A DNA stretch of 64,000 bases. Origin: an uncultured Actinomycetota bacterium (GTDB lineage: Bacteria > Actinomycetota > Actinomycetes > DATJPE01). The stretch is from NCBI GenBank assembly GCA_963819985.1, contig CAWFYH010000002.1:385404-449403 (forward strand), given 5' to 3'. The notes below the pieces were generated by a model. It was not told the DNA's origin. It was given only the letters and a program-made list of their open reading frames with translations, and did not search any database. Shown here piece by piece: positions 19,613 to 29,338 of this stretch. A program made the translations under genes and the position numbers. The stretch's first letter is position 1. Every line of letters starts with the position of its first letter.

Positions 19613-21043
19613 GTGGGAGGCCGCGTCGTGACTGGGGACGAGTTGGCGACGGCGTCGGCCGTGGAACTGGTGAAGCAATACCGACGAAGGGCAGTTTCGC
19701 CTGTCGAGGTCGTGGAGAACCTGCTCGCTGGGTGCCTGGCACTCAACCCGAAGCTGAACGCTCTCGTCCTGGTCGATGAGGAGCTTGCCCTTGAACAAGC
19801 TCGAGCCGCCCAGGATCGCTATCGCCGCGGCAACCCACGCGGTCCCCTGGATGGGGTGCCAGTGTCGATCAAGGATGTGCTCTTGACGTCGCGCTGGCCA
19901 ACCCGACGAGGGTCGGCCAGCCTTCCTCCGGCTTCTCCCGCGCAGGTCGACGCACCCTCTACCGCCCGATTGCTCGAAGGTGGTGCCGTGACCTTCGGCA
20001 AGACAACCACGCCGGAGCTCGGCTGGAAGGCCGTCACGGATGGACCGGCCGGCCCGCCAACGCGCAATCCATGGAATCTCGAACTCACGACCGGTGGCTC
20101 GAGCGGTGGCGCGGCCGCCTGTGTGGCCGCCGGTCTCGGACCGATCGCGATGGGCTCTGATGGAGGGGGCTCGATCCGGATCCCGGCAGCATTCTGCGGC
20201 GTTGCCGGCCTGAAAGCCTCCTATGGCCGCATCCCGGTGTGGCCACCGAGTCTGTTCGGCGACGTCTCCCACGCCGGCCCATTGGCGCGGACGGTGGACG
20301 ACCTGGTGGCGGCGCTGCACGTACTCGAGGCACCAGACGAGCGCGACCGAACCTTCCCCGCCCACCTATACCCGTCCGTGTCGTACGACCTGCCACCGCG
20401 AAGCTTGCAGGGGGTGCGAGTCGGTGTCCTGAATCCTCTTCCGTCCGTCACCGATCCGCAGGTGGCTGCCGTGTTCGGCGATACCGTCGCAATTCTTCGC
20501 GACGCCGGTTCGGTGGTGTCAGAGGTACGGGTGTCGTTGGACGGCGTCGTCGATTCGTTCAAGACCTTGTGGTTCAGCGCTTTGGCGAGGTTCGTGGACG
20601 AGCTGTCGGTCGAGACCATCGGTGGCATGGATCCGCAGCTCGTCGAATGCGCGCGAGCAGGTCGGGGCATGTCAGCGATCGAGCGTCAATCCGCAACCGA
20701 GCGCCGGGCCCGACTTTGCCGAGATGCGGCGCTTGTCTTCGACGACGTCGACGTCCTGGTCATGCCCACCGTTCCCATCTGCGCATTCGAGGCAGGACGC
20801 GATGTTCCCGACACCTCTGGCATGCAGTGGTGGCCGGACTGGACGCCGCTCACGGTTCCCTTCAACCTCACCGGACAACCCGCGGTCTCGGTTCCCGCCG
20901 GCTTCGACCACGCGGGACGGCCGATCGGACTGCAGCTCGTCGGGCGGTTCGGCGACGACGCAAACCTGCTGGCGATCGCTCGCTCCTACGAGCTCGCTCG
21001 CGGGTCCCTGCCGCCACCACCAATCCGTAGGCTCCAGCCATGA
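19613..21043 (+). CDS. Amidase signature (AS) family amidase
   Basis: AS signature GGSSGGAAACVAAGLGPIAMGSDGGGSIRIPAAFCGVAGLKASYGRIP with the catalytic Ser-cisSer-Lys region. Confidence 0.85.
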   Translation: MGGRVVTGDELATASAVELVKQYRRRAVSPVEVVENLLAGCLALNPKLNALVLVDEELALEQARAAQDRYRRGNPRGPLDGVPVSIKDVLLTSRWPTRRGSASLPPASPAQVDAPSTARLLEGGAVTFGKTTTPELGWKAVTDGPAGPPTRNPWNLELTTGGSSGGAAACVAAGLGPIAMGSDGGGSIRIPAAFCGVAGLKASYGRIPVWPPSLFGDVSHAGPLARTVDDLVAALHVLEAPDERDRTFPAHLYPSVSYDLPPRSLQGVRVGVLNPLPSVTDPQVAAVFGDTVAILRDAGSVVSEVRVSLDGVVDSFKTLWFSALARFVDELSVETIGGMDPQLVECARAGRGMSAIERQSATERRARLCRDAALVFDDVDVLVMPTVPICAFEAGRDVPDTSGMQWWPDWTPLTVPFNLTGQPAVSVPAGFDHAGRPIGLQLVGRFGDDANLLAIARSYELARGSLPPPPIRRLQP

Positions 21044-21252
21044 CGTGGACATGGCGGTTTGAAACAGCCGATGGCGCGGCGTTGCCGGCCACCGACGAGC
21101 GACCCGAGCCTCCGAGCTTCCCGACTCAGGCTGACGCCGAAAGCTGGATCGGCGAAGCCTGGCGAGAGTTGCTGGACGGCGGCGTCGACCAAGTAACCCT
21201 GCTGGAGGAAGCGACGGTTGTTTACGGGCCGATGAGTCTGCATCCGTCCTGA
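21040..21252 (+). CDS. Small hypothetical protein (70 aa), translationally coupled to the amidase
   Basis: ATGA overlap with the amidase stop. Acidic, ordinary composition and no motif. Confidence 0.35.
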   Translation: MTWTWRFETADGAALPATDERPEPPSFPTQADAESWIGEAWRELLDGGVDQVTLLEEATVVYGPMSLHPS

Positions 21253-21318
21253 GGGCACCCGCAGGTGGCCCGCTCTTCTAGACGAGTCGGTTGGCCAGGG
21301 TCGGCTTTCCCAGGATTG

Positions 21319-22314
21319 TCACGGTCGGTCGCTGGGACTCTGCGTCTTGGCCGGATCGCGCTCCACGACCGGACCCACGACCTCGTCGATCGCTCCTAGG
21401 AGGTCGTCGTCGAGGGTGACTCCTGCAGCCTTGACGTTCTCAGTCACCTGTTCGGGACGTGAAGCCCCCATGATGGCTGCCGCGACGTTGGGATTCTGGA
21501 GCACCCAAGCAACGCCGAGCTGAGCCATCGTGAGGCCGGCCTGCTCGGCCAACGGACGCAGTTGCTGCACGCGGGTGAGGACGTCGTCGGTGCGGTAGTC
21601 ATCGAGATAGTCGGCCGACTTGGGTGCAGCGGCTCGAGATGCCTCGGGGGGAGGCTGCCCGGGCAGGTACTTCCCCGTGAGAACTCCCTGGGCCAACGGA
21701 CTCCACACGATCTGGGACAGCCCGAGCTCCTCGCACGTGGGCACGACCTCGGCCTCGATGACCCGCCAGAGCATGGAGTACTCCGGCTGGTTGCTGACCA
21801 ACGGAACGTGCAGCTCGCGGGCCAGCTCCGCCGCGGCGCGGATCTCCTCCGCTCGCCACTCCGAGACCCCGATGTAGTGCGCCTTGCCGGCGCGCACGAT
21901 GTCAGCGAAGGCGACCATCGTCTCCTCGAGCGGCGTGCGGTAGTCGTATCGGTGCGCCTGGTAGAGATCGACGTGATCGGTCTGGAGTCGTTCGAGGGAA
22001 TGGTCGATCGAAGCCAGAATGTGCTTGCGGGACAGGCCCCGGTCGTTGACCCCATCGTTCATCGGCCAATAGACCTTCGTGAAGATCTCCAGGCCCTCGC
22101 GTCGCTCGCCGGATAGCGCCTTGCCGAGCACGGTCTCCGCGCGGCCGGTGGCATAGATGTCCGCGGTGTCGAAGGTGGTGATCCCGGAGTCGAGCGCCGC
22201 TCTGACACACGCGATGGCTGCGCCGTCGTCGATCTGGGACCCGTGGGTGACCCAGTTGCCGTAGGCGATCTCGCTGATCTGCAGGCCGGAACGGCCGAGG
22301 TATCGATGCTCCAT
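21319..22314 (-). CDS. Aldo/keto reductase family oxidoreductase
   Basis: N-terminus MEHRYLGRSGLQISEIAYGNW...DTADIYA is the AKR signature. Length 331 aa. Confidence 0.85.
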   Translation of the reverse strand: MEHRYLGRSGLQISEIAYGNWVTHGSQIDDGAAIACVRAALDSGITTFDTADIYATGRAETVLGKALSGERREGLEIFTKVYWPMNDGVNDRGLSRKHILASIDHSLERLQTDHVDLYQAHRYDYRTPLEETMVAFADIVRAGKAHYIGVSEWRAEEIRAAAELARELHVPLVSNQPEYSMLWRVIEAEVVPTCEELGLSQIVWSPLAQGVLTGKYLPGQPPPEASRAAAPKSADYLDDYRTDDVLTRVQQLRPLAEQAGLTMAQLGVAWVLQNPNVAAAIMGASRPEQVTENVKAAGVTLDDDLLGAIDEVVGPVVERDPAKTQSPSDRP

Positions 22315-22359
22315 GGGCTCAGCCTAGGGAGGGGGGCCGCAGTGTCGAAAGACCGCCTG

Positions 22360-22929
22360 TCAGTCGAGCGGAGTGCCGATCGCGACTCTCGGCTTCGGGA
22401 TGCGCAATCTGCGCAGCTGCAGGCTGCGCATCACCGCATAGAACGTGTGCCCGCCGGACGTTTCGTCGGGGAAACGCCGGCTCAGCTCGCGCTTGAGCTG
22501 GAAGCGAATTACTACGGCGTCGACGATCACGGCGAGGATCAGGGCGTAGAAGCCCAGGTAGGTGAAGGCGGCCATCCCTGGGATGAAGCCCAGGACCACG
22601 ACCAGCAAGGCGCCGGGGAGGACCAGCTCACCGACTCGCCGCCGGCGGTCGACGAAATCGCGGGCGAATCCGCGCACTGGTCCTTGATCGCGGGCGGGCA
22701 GGTACCGCTCGTCACCGGCCATGAGACCTGCGCGTCGAGTGCTGCGGGCCTGAGACTGCGCTGCGCGCGCCTGCGCCTTGGCCTGCTTGGAGTCGCGCGG
22801 CACCTTGACTCGGGCCTGACGCGCAGCCTCGGCTTCCTTGCGGCTGGGCGTCGGCCGGCCCTTGGTGCCGGTGGGTGCCCCGTCGACCGAGACATCGGCC
22901 GGACCCGGAGCTGAGCGACGCTTGAACAC
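22360..22929 (-). CDS. DUF3043 family membrane protein (Rv2206-like)
   Basis: Likely GTG start VFKRRSAPG. The protein has a basic N-terminal region and two C-terminal TM helices (LVVVLGFIPGMAAFTYLGFYALILAVIV). Its position between nadA and cobT/glycerate kinase matches Mtb Rv2206 synteny. Confidence 0.65.
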   Translation of the reverse strand: MFKRRSAPGPADVSVDGAPTGTKGRPTPSRKEAEAARQARVKVPRDSKQAKAQARAAQSQARSTRRAGLMAGDERYLPARDQGPVRGFARDFVDRRRRVGELVLPGALLVVVLGFIPGMAAFTYLGFYALILAVIVDAVVIRFQLKRELSRRFPDETSGGHTFYAVMRSLQLRRLRIPKPRVAIGTPLD

Positions 22930-22969
22930 AAGCCAAGGATACGGGGGCAGGCAATCCTTCGCGCGCGAG

Positions 22970-24142
22970 TCAGTCCTTGGCGCTAGGGCCGGGGAGCGCG
23001 AGCATGCGGTCGAGGGCGATCTTGGCCCAACGGCTGGGCTCGTCATCGACGTGGATCGTGTTGACGACGCGACCGTCCACAAGGTTCTCCAACGCCCACA
23101 CCAGGTGCGGCAGGTCGATGCGATTCATCGTCGAGCAGTAGCAGACGGTTCGATCGAGATAGCTCACCGAAAGCTCGGGGTGCGCGGCGGCGAGTCGGCG
23201 CACCAGGTTGAGCTCGGTCCCCAGCGCCCAGGAGGTTCCTGGTGGAGCCGCATCCAGGGTTTGGACGATGAACTCCGTCGAACCCACCAGATCTGCGGCG
23301 CGCACGACCTCGTGTTGGCACTCGGGGTGCACCAGGACGGTCACCCCAGCAACCCGCTCCCGGATCTCGTTCACGCTGTCCAAGGTGAACCGGCCATGAA
23401 CCGAGCAGTGACCCCGCCACAGGATCATCTTGGCGTCGCGCAGCTGCTCTACGGTCAAGCCGCCTCCGGGCTTGTGCGGGTCGAACACGACGCAGTCACC
23501 CAGCTCCAGCCCGAGCTCCAGGACGGCCGTGTTACGGCCCAGATGCTGATCGGGAAGGAACAGCACCCGATCGCCTTGCTCGAAGGCCCAGCGCAAGGCG
23601 CGCCCGGCGTTGGAGGACGTGCAGACCGTGCCGCCGTACCTGCCCGTGAAGGCCTTGATCGCGGCCGAGGAGTTCATGTACGTCACCGGGACGGTGCTGG
23701 TGTCCAGTCCGGCGTCGGCGAGCAGGTCCCAGCAGTCCTCCACCTGACCGATGGCTGCCATGTCGGCCATGGAGCACCCCGCGGCCAGGTCGGGGAGGAT
23801 GACCTGCTGCTCGTCGCTGGTCAGGATGTCCGCGGACTCGGCCATGAAGTGCACGCCGCAGAACACGATGAAGGGGGCGTCGGGTCTAGCGGCGGCCTCG
23901 CGCGCCAGCTTGAAGGAGTCGCCGGTCACGTCGGCGAAGGCGATGACCTCGTCGCGTTGATAGTGGTGGCCCAAGACGAACACGCTTTCGCCGAGGCTGG
24001 TCTTCGCCCGATGCGCGCGAGCGACCAGGTCCGGATCCGAAGCCGAAGGCAGTTCGCCCGGGCAATCCACCCCTCGCTCACTGACCGCGTCGGCGGCTGT
24101 GCCGAGCAGGAACAGGTCGACTGGAGCGCTCATGGTCGTCAC
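22970..24142 (-). CDS. nadA: Quinolinate synthase
   Basis: CGVHFMAESADIL and the Cys ligands (CSVHG, CYCSTMNRI) give NadA motifs across three pseudo-repeats. Length 390 aa. Confidence 0.85.
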   Translation of the reverse strand: MTTMSAPVDLFLLGTAADAVSERGVDCPGELPSASDPDLVARAHRAKTSLGESVFVLGHHYQRDEVIAFADVTGDSFKLAREAAARPDAPFIVFCGVHFMAESADILTSDEQQVILPDLAAGCSMADMAAIGQVEDCWDLLADAGLDTSTVPVTYMNSSAAIKAFTGRYGGTVCTSSNAGRALRWAFEQGDRVLFLPDQHLGRNTAVLELGLELGDCVVFDPHKPGGGLTVEQLRDAKMILWRGHCSVHGRFTLDSVNEIRERVAGVTVLVHPECQHEVVRAADLVGSTEFIVQTLDAAPPGTSWALGTELNLVRRLAAAHPELSVSYLDRTVCYCSTMNRIDLPHLVWALENLVDGRVVNTIHVDDEPSRWAKIALDRMLALPGPSAKD

Positions 24143-24227
24143 CTCGGGAGGAGCAGGTCGGGCTGATGACGCTGAAATCGAGTCAACCGGGCCATCGTGT
24201 CACAGCGCGGTGGGCCAAGATCGGCGC

Positions 24228-25277
24228 GTGCACATCGTTATCGCGCCAGACAAGTTCGCCGGCTCACTGACCGCTCTGGAGGCGGCATCGGCGGTCGAAC
24301 GAGGCTGGCTTCGTGGCGATCCGCACGCCACCTGCGCCCTCGTGCCGTTGTCCGACGGAGGTCCGGGATTCGTGGAGGTCCTGCACTCAGCATTGGGGGG
24401 CGAACTGGTCGCTGTGACGATCACCGGACCGCTCTCGGAGCCTGTCCAGGCCCAGATCCTGGTCCATCACGGGTCGCTAACCAGCGACCAGCCGACCGTT
24501 TACGTGGAATCCGCTCAGGCCTGCGGGCTCCAGGCGCTGCCACCGAATCGTGGACCTGATGAGAGCACGGCGCTGGCGGCATCAAGCTTCGGTGTCGGCC
24601 AGCTGCTCGAGCGGGCCCGTGAGCTCGGGGCCGACCGCGTGGTTGTCGGTGTCGGGGGCACGGCCTCGACCGATGGTGGGCGGGGGTGTGTCGAGGCGCT
24701 CGGCTCGAGCTGGTCGCAAGATGTCGAGCTCCTTGTCGCCACCGATGTCACGGGGCCGCTCCTCGGACGCCGGGGGGCCGCGTGGACGTACGGTCCCCAG
24801 AAAGGCGCCGATCCGAAGAGTGTGCAGATCCTGGAAAGTCGCCTCCGGGCATGGGCCGAAAAGACACAGGGAGACCCCGACGCGCGCGGCATGGGGGCGG
24901 GCGGCGGCCTTGCCTATGGCCTCAGCCTGCTCGGGGGGCGCGTGGTGGCCGGACTCGAGACCGTTGTCCAAGCTGTGGGCCTTCGGTCCGAGATGACCGA
25001 GGCCGATCTGGTCGTCACTGGCGAGGGGCGCCTCGACGAGTCCTCCATCCTCGGCAAGGTGCCGGGTGGGGTCGCCGCGCTGGCAGCTGAGCTTGATCGC
25101 CCGTGCTTGGTGCTCGCTGGGGACCGGGAGATGGATGACGAGTCCCTGCGCGGGACGGGAATCACCGACGTCCACACACTCGTGGAGGCCTTCGGGCCGG
25201 AAGCGGCGCTCGTGGACCCGGCCGACCGGCTCGCTGAGCTCGCCGAACGGGTTGCCCAAGCCTGGCGGAGTCGGTGA
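24228..25277 (+). CDS. Glycerate kinase (GK-I family)
   Basis: Start chosen at the in-frame GTG (VHIVIAPDKFAGSLTA); the upstream ATG would overlap the nadA start. Motifs APDKFKGS-like at the N-terminus and TGEGRLDESS...GK at the C-terminus. Confidence 0.8.
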   Translation: MHIVIAPDKFAGSLTALEAASAVERGWLRGDPHATCALVPLSDGGPGFVEVLHSALGGELVAVTITGPLSEPVQAQILVHHGSLTSDQPTVYVESAQACGLQALPPNRGPDESTALAASSFGVGQLLERARELGADRVVVGVGGTASTDGGRGCVEALGSSWSQDVELLVATDVTGPLLGRRGAAWTYGPQKGADPKSVQILESRLRAWAEKTQGDPDARGMGAGGGLAYGLSLLGGRVVAGLETVVQAVGLRSEMTEADLVVTGEGRLDESSILGKVPGGVAALAAELDRPCLVLAGDREMDDESLRGTGITDVHTLVEAFGPEAALVDPADRLAELAERVAQAWRSR

Positions 25278-25367
25278 AGACGATCGGGTGTGTCACCATG
25301 GAACAGATAGGTCAGCCGCCAGGTTGACGTGATCAGACAGCCCTAGCCGAGCCCGCAGGAGTAGATC

Positions 25368-25754
25368 GTGACCATCCAGGACGAGACCACTACCGACAGC
25401 GCCGCCCCCGCGACGCCGGAGGCCCCTGCCACGGGGATCGTCGTCACGGACGTGGCTTCGGCCAAGGTGCGCGCCCTGCTCGACCAGGAGGGCCGCGACG
25501 ACCTCGCCCTGCGCGTGGCGGTGCAGCCGGGTGGCTGCTCAGGGCTGCGCTACCAGCTGTTCTTCGACGAGCGGCACCTCGACGGGGACGTCGTTCAAGA
25601 CTTCAGCGGCGTCGACGTTGTCGTCGACCGGATGAGCGTTCCCTATCTCGGTGGGGCCGTTATCGACTTCGTCGACACCATCGAAAAGCAGGGCTTCACG
25701 ATCGACAACCCCAACGCCACCGGTTCCTGCGCCTGTGGAGACTCCTTCAGCTGA
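25368..25754 (+). CDS. HesB/IscA-family iron-sulfur cluster insertion protein (ErpA/SufA-like)
   Basis: C-terminal CxC...GSCACGDSF motif GCSGLRYQL...ATGSCACGDSFS. Corresponds to Mtb Rv2204c by synteny. Confidence 0.85.
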   Translation: MTIQDETTTDSAAPATPEAPATGIVVTDVASAKVRALLDQEGRDDLALRVAVQPGGCSGLRYQLFFDERHLDGDVVQDFSGVDVVVDRMSVPYLGGAVIDFVDTIEKQGFTIDNPNATGSCACGDSFS

Positions 25755-25819
25755 CGGCTCGCAACGGGGTAGTTCGTTACGGCTATGGCCGCCCTGAACT
25801 TCCCCAATGCGAAGAGGGA

Positions 25820-26029
25820 TCAACAGCCGTAGGTCGGCAAACCGTCGACCAAGGCGAAGGCTTCAGCTGGGACATCGACCAGGGCTGCTGAGTCGAGGCC
25901 GGGGGAGACCCCAGGAGCCCTTCCGCAGGTGAGATCGAGCACGACCCGGACACCGATCGCTCGTCCGTCGGCGACCAGTCTGTCCAGGGAGCCCGTCTGC
26001 GCGGACGATGGGGCGGGCGCGGTCATGCT
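25820..26029 (-). CDS. Small hypothetical protein (about 70 aa) ending in -PTYGC
   Basis: Only the C-terminal 70 codons of ORF 25820..26317 are compositionally protein-like; the upstream part overlaps adoK in antisense. Weak call. Confidence 0.2.
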   Translation of the reverse strand, partial: SMTAPAPSSAQTGSLDRLVADGRAIGVRVVLDLTCGRAPGVSPGLDSAALVDVPAEAFALVDGLPTYGC

Positions 26030-26159
26030 CATGACCTCACGGTAGGCACCGCATCCGTGCCGAACCAGGTCTACCCGTGGGTAGTCTTTCGTGTCGTTGG
26101 GATCGACCAACCCTGACTCCGAAACCGCGAGCACCCGACCCGAGGGCGAGCAGACCGCC

Positions 26160-27146
26160 ATGCAGATCGCTGTCACCGGTTCCATCGCGACCGACCACCT
26201 GATGACCTTCCCGGGTCGATTCTCTGACTCGCTGATGGCTGACAAGCTCGACAAGGTCTCGCTGTCCTTCCTGGTGGAGGAGCTGGAGATCCGCCGGGGA
26301 GGGGTCGCGGCGAACATCGCTTTCGGGATGGGCTGCCTGGGGCAGCGTCCCTTGCTCGTAGGGGCAGTGGGTCCGGACTTCGCGGACTACCGCTCCTGGC
26401 TGGAGCGGCACGGCGTCGATACCGGATCGGTGCACATCAGCGACGTACGCCACACGGCGCGCTTCATCTGCACCACCGATCGCGACCAGAACCAGATTGC
26501 CTCTTTCTACGCCGGAGCCATGAGCGAGGCGCGCGGGATCGAGCTCAAACCCGTGGCAGATCGGGTGGGTGGCCTCGACCTCGTCGTCATCGGCGCCAAT
26601 GACCCCGAGGGGATGCTGCGCCACACCCAGGAGTGCCAGCAGCGCGACTACCCGTTCGCCGCGGACCCGTCGCAGCAGCTCGCGCGGATGGAGGGGCCAG
26701 AGATCCGACAACTTGTCGACGGCGCTGCATTTCTCTTCACCAATGAGTACGAGGCTGCGCTCACCGAGTCCAAGACGGGCTGGTCGTCTGACGACGTCCT
26801 GAAGCGGGTGGACGTACGGGTCACGACGCTCGGCGCCGCCGGTGCCAAGGTCGAACGGTCCGGCGAACCTGTCGTCACCGTGACCTGCCCTGTCGAGACT
26901 CGCAAGGCAGACCCAACAGGAGTCGGAGATGCTTTCCGCGCCGGCTTTCTCTGTGGAGTCGCTTGGGGGCTGACGCACGAGCGCTCGGCGCAGGTGGGCG
27001 CGCTGCTCGCGACCCACGTCATCGAGACCGTGGGGACCCAGGAATACACCCTGACTCAGCGCACCTTCCTGCAGCGCTTGGAGCAGGCCTACGGCCCCGC
27101 AGCGGCCGAGGACGTCGGGGCGCACTTGGCCTGTCCCCGTCTGTAG
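26160..27146 (+). CDS. adoK: Adenosine kinase (PfkB/ribokinase family)
   Basis: Start MQIAVTGSIATDHLMTFPGRFSDSL is near-identical in pattern to the mycobacterial AdoK N-terminus. PfkB motifs DPTGVGDAFRAGFL present. Synteny with Rv2202c. Confidence 0.85.
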   Translation: MQIAVTGSIATDHLMTFPGRFSDSLMADKLDKVSLSFLVEELEIRRGGVAANIAFGMGCLGQRPLLVGAVGPDFADYRSWLERHGVDTGSVHISDVRHTARFICTTDRDQNQIASFYAGAMSEARGIELKPVADRVGGLDLVVIGANDPEGMLRHTQECQQRDYPFAADPSQQLARMEGPEIRQLVDGAAFLFTNEYEAALTESKTGWSSDDVLKRVDVRVTTLGAAGAKVERSGEPVVTVTCPVETRKADPTGVGDAFRAGFLCGVAWGLTHERSAQVGALLATHVIETVGTQEYTLTQRTFLQRLEQAYGPAAAEDVGAHLACPRL

Positions 27147-27178
27147 AACGCGGCCAAGCATCCGACCGGAGTCACGGT

Positions 27179-27817
27179 GTGATCGAACTCGTGCCAGGTG
27201 TCGACCACGTCGGTCGCGGCCTCGACCTTGCGCCCGACACGCTCGTGTGGGCCTACCGTCACGGCCTGTTCCCCATGCCCGGACGGCGGCACGTCGACTG
27301 GTTCTCACCCGACCCTCGCGGAGTGCTGCCGCTGGGGTCTCTGCGAGTCAGTCGATCCCTTCGACGGTCGTGCACCCGAATGTCGATAACGGTCGACCAA
27401 GACTTCGACCAGGTAGTGGCCGGGTGCGCGGACCCCAGCCGACCGGGGGGCTGGATCAATGCGGACTTCCGGGCTGCGTACTCAGCCCTGCACGCCCGTG
27501 GTATCGCCCACTCGGTCGAGGTGCGTGACGACTCCGGTTCGCTCGTCGGCGGGCTGTACGGCGTCTCGCTGGGTGGTCTGTTCGCGGGGGAGTCGATGTT
27601 TCACGCCGTGACGGACGCATCCAAAGTGGCACTGGTGGCTCTGGTCGATCTCCTGCGCGCAGCGGGTGCGACCGGCCGGCTGTTGGATGTCCAGTGGTGG
27701 AGCCCACATCTGGGTTCGCTGGGGGTTGTGCCGATCCCCAGACAGGACTATCTGTCGAGGCTGTCCGTGGCCCTGGCGCTGCCCTCGCCTGACTGGGCCA
27801 CCCTGCGCACCGAATAG
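27179..27817 (+). CDS. aat: Leucyl/phenylalanyl-tRNA--protein transferase
   Basis: Motif GGLYGVSLGGLFAGESMFH (conserved L/F-transferase region). GTG start VIELVPGVDHV. About 212 aa. Confidence 0.8.
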   Translation: MIELVPGVDHVGRGLDLAPDTLVWAYRHGLFPMPGRRHVDWFSPDPRGVLPLGSLRVSRSLRRSCTRMSITVDQDFDQVVAGCADPSRPGGWINADFRAAYSALHARGIAHSVEVRDDSGSLVGGLYGVSLGGLFAGESMFHAVTDASKVALVALVDLLRAAGATGRLLDVQWWSPHLGSLGVVPIPRQDYLSRLSVALALPSPDWATLRTE

Positions 27818-28044
27818 GCGCGTGCCTGGGAAGCTTTCCCAAGAGCCTCGCTGCCCAGGAACTCGTGCCCGCGCATCGAGCACCAGGCAGGCACGTCAAC
27901 GGCAGCAGCGGGGTCGTCTGCGAGCAGGACCAAGATGGCTCCGTCGTCGATCAGCCGGATCTGGCGGGCCAGCTCGATGATGGGTAACGGGCACGCAACC
28001 CCGAGCTGATCGACGATCTGCCTGTGCGGGTAGCTCTCGCTCAT
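27748..28044 (-). CDS. TusA-like sulfurtransferase (sulfur carrier, CPxP motif)
   Basis: LGVACPLPIIELARQI is the TusA CPxP active-site motif. The 4-nt overlap with the upstream cysteine desulfurase suggests a sulfur-relay pair. The 3' end overlaps the convergent aat by about 70 nt. Confidence 0.7.
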   Translation of the reverse strand: MSESYPHRQIVDQLGVACPLPIIELARQIRLIDDGAILVLLADDPAAAVDVPAWCSMRGHEFLGSEALGKASQARAYSVRRVAQSGEGSARATDSLDR

Positions 28045-29261
28045 AGGCGGTCGGCGCCAAGCGCGGATCGGACTCGGGCTACGGCGCCCGGGAGGATCTC
28101 CAGGAAGCGGTCAACGTCAGACTCCCGGACGCCGCGAGGCAGCGACACCCGGATGTTGCCCTGCGACAGAGCCCCCATGGCCACCAGGACGTGCGAAGGC
28201 TCGAGACTGCTGGAGCTGCACGAGGACCCGGACGAAACCGAGAATCCCGCGTGGTCGAGCTCGTCCAGGACGGCTTCACCGTCGACATAGAGGCTCGAGA
28301 AGGTCACAACGTGCGGCAGCCGGTCCTCGGCCGGTCCCAGCACGATGCTGTCAGGTACTCGAGCCAGCACCGTGCGACGGATCCGGTGGACGAGCGAGCC
28401 GAGACGCGCATCCTCCTCCACCGACTGCTGGGTGGACGCCTCCAGCGCTGCAGAGGCCGCAAGGATCAAGGCGACCGTGGGGAACCCGGGGACTCGGTGT
28501 CCTTCACGGTCGTCGGTGGGCCAGGCCGCACGCCAACGCGTACCGCCTCGTACTGCGAGGACCCCGACACCGGCTGGTCCGCCCCACTTGTGTGCCGAGC
28601 CCGACAGCACGGACCACTCCGCGGTCATCCGCGTGGAGCGACCCAACGTTTGCGCAGCATCGACCAGCATCGGCACACCGGCCCTAGAGCACACGGCGGC
28701 CGCCTCGGTGAGCGGCTGCAAGGTTCCGACCTCATGGTTGGCCGACTGCAGACAGGCCAGGGCCACGTCGGGCGCCGAGACAGCCGCCGTCCACCGATCG
28801 AGGTCCAACCGACCGGCTCCGTCGACCGCGACGAGCTCGACCGTTCCACCCTGTGCTCGGTGGTGCTCGGCGGCCTTGAGCACCGCGGAGTGCTCGACGG
28901 TTGAAGTCACGAACCGATGTCCGGCCCGGCGACGCCCCTCCAGGAGCCCACGGATTCCCAGATGCACGCTCTGTGTCCCGGACGCGCAGAACGAGACCTC
29001 ATCGGCACGGCAGAACAGCTGGGTGGCGACACCCTCGCGAGCGTGGTCGAGGGCGATCCGGACCCGCCGCGCCGAGCCGTACCGCCTGTCTGGGTCGGCC
29101 CACAGAGTGGGATCCGAGGTCTCGGCTAGGTCGCCGAGCAGCTCATGCAACACTCGCCTCGCCGCGGGATGGAGCGGCTCGCCGGAGGCCGCGTCGAGGA
29201 AGCCGGCCGGCGGGGAGGGGGTCACCTCCCAGCCGCTGGGGGCAGGCACTCCCGAGGTCAC
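28041..29261 (-). CDS. Cysteine desulfurase (class V aminotransferase, NifS/IscS/SufS-like)
   Basis: PLP-lysine region SGSAHKWGGPAGVGVL and the overall fold signature. 406 aa. Confidence 0.8.
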   Translation of the reverse strand: MTSGVPAPSGWEVTPSPPAGFLDAASGEPLHPAARRVLHELLGDLAETSDPTLWADPDRRYGSARRVRIALDHAREGVATQLFCRADEVSFCASGTQSVHLGIRGLLEGRRRAGHRFVTSTVEHSAVLKAAEHHRAQGGTVELVAVDGAGRLDLDRWTAAVSAPDVALACLQSANHEVGTLQPLTEAAAVCSRAGVPMLVDAAQTLGRSTRMTAEWSVLSGSAHKWGGPAGVGVLAVRGGTRWRAAWPTDDREGHRVPGFPTVALILAASAALEASTQQSVEEDARLGSLVHRIRRTVLARVPDSIVLGPAEDRLPHVVTFSSLYVDGEAVLDELDHAGFSVSSGSSCSSSSLEPSHVLVAMGALSQGNIRVSLPRGVRESDVDRFLEILPGAVARVRSALGADRL

Positions 29262-29338
29262 CGAAACAGCCTAGGTTGTACGGCGCGCGCACACCCTCCC
29301 GCCGCTTCCATCCGACCCCTTCTGCGCTACTGTCTGCC

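Noticed and set aside
21252-21319. Possible intrinsic terminator GGGCACCCGCAGGTGGCCC between convergent genes
   Set aside because: The stem is imperfect and there is no U-tract. Too weak to call.
25820-26317. 165-aa minus-strand ORF as a candidate Rv2203-like membrane protein
   Set aside because: The N-terminal two-thirds overlap adoK in antisense and are Ser/Arg-rich. Only the last 70 codons were kept, as a low-confidence call.
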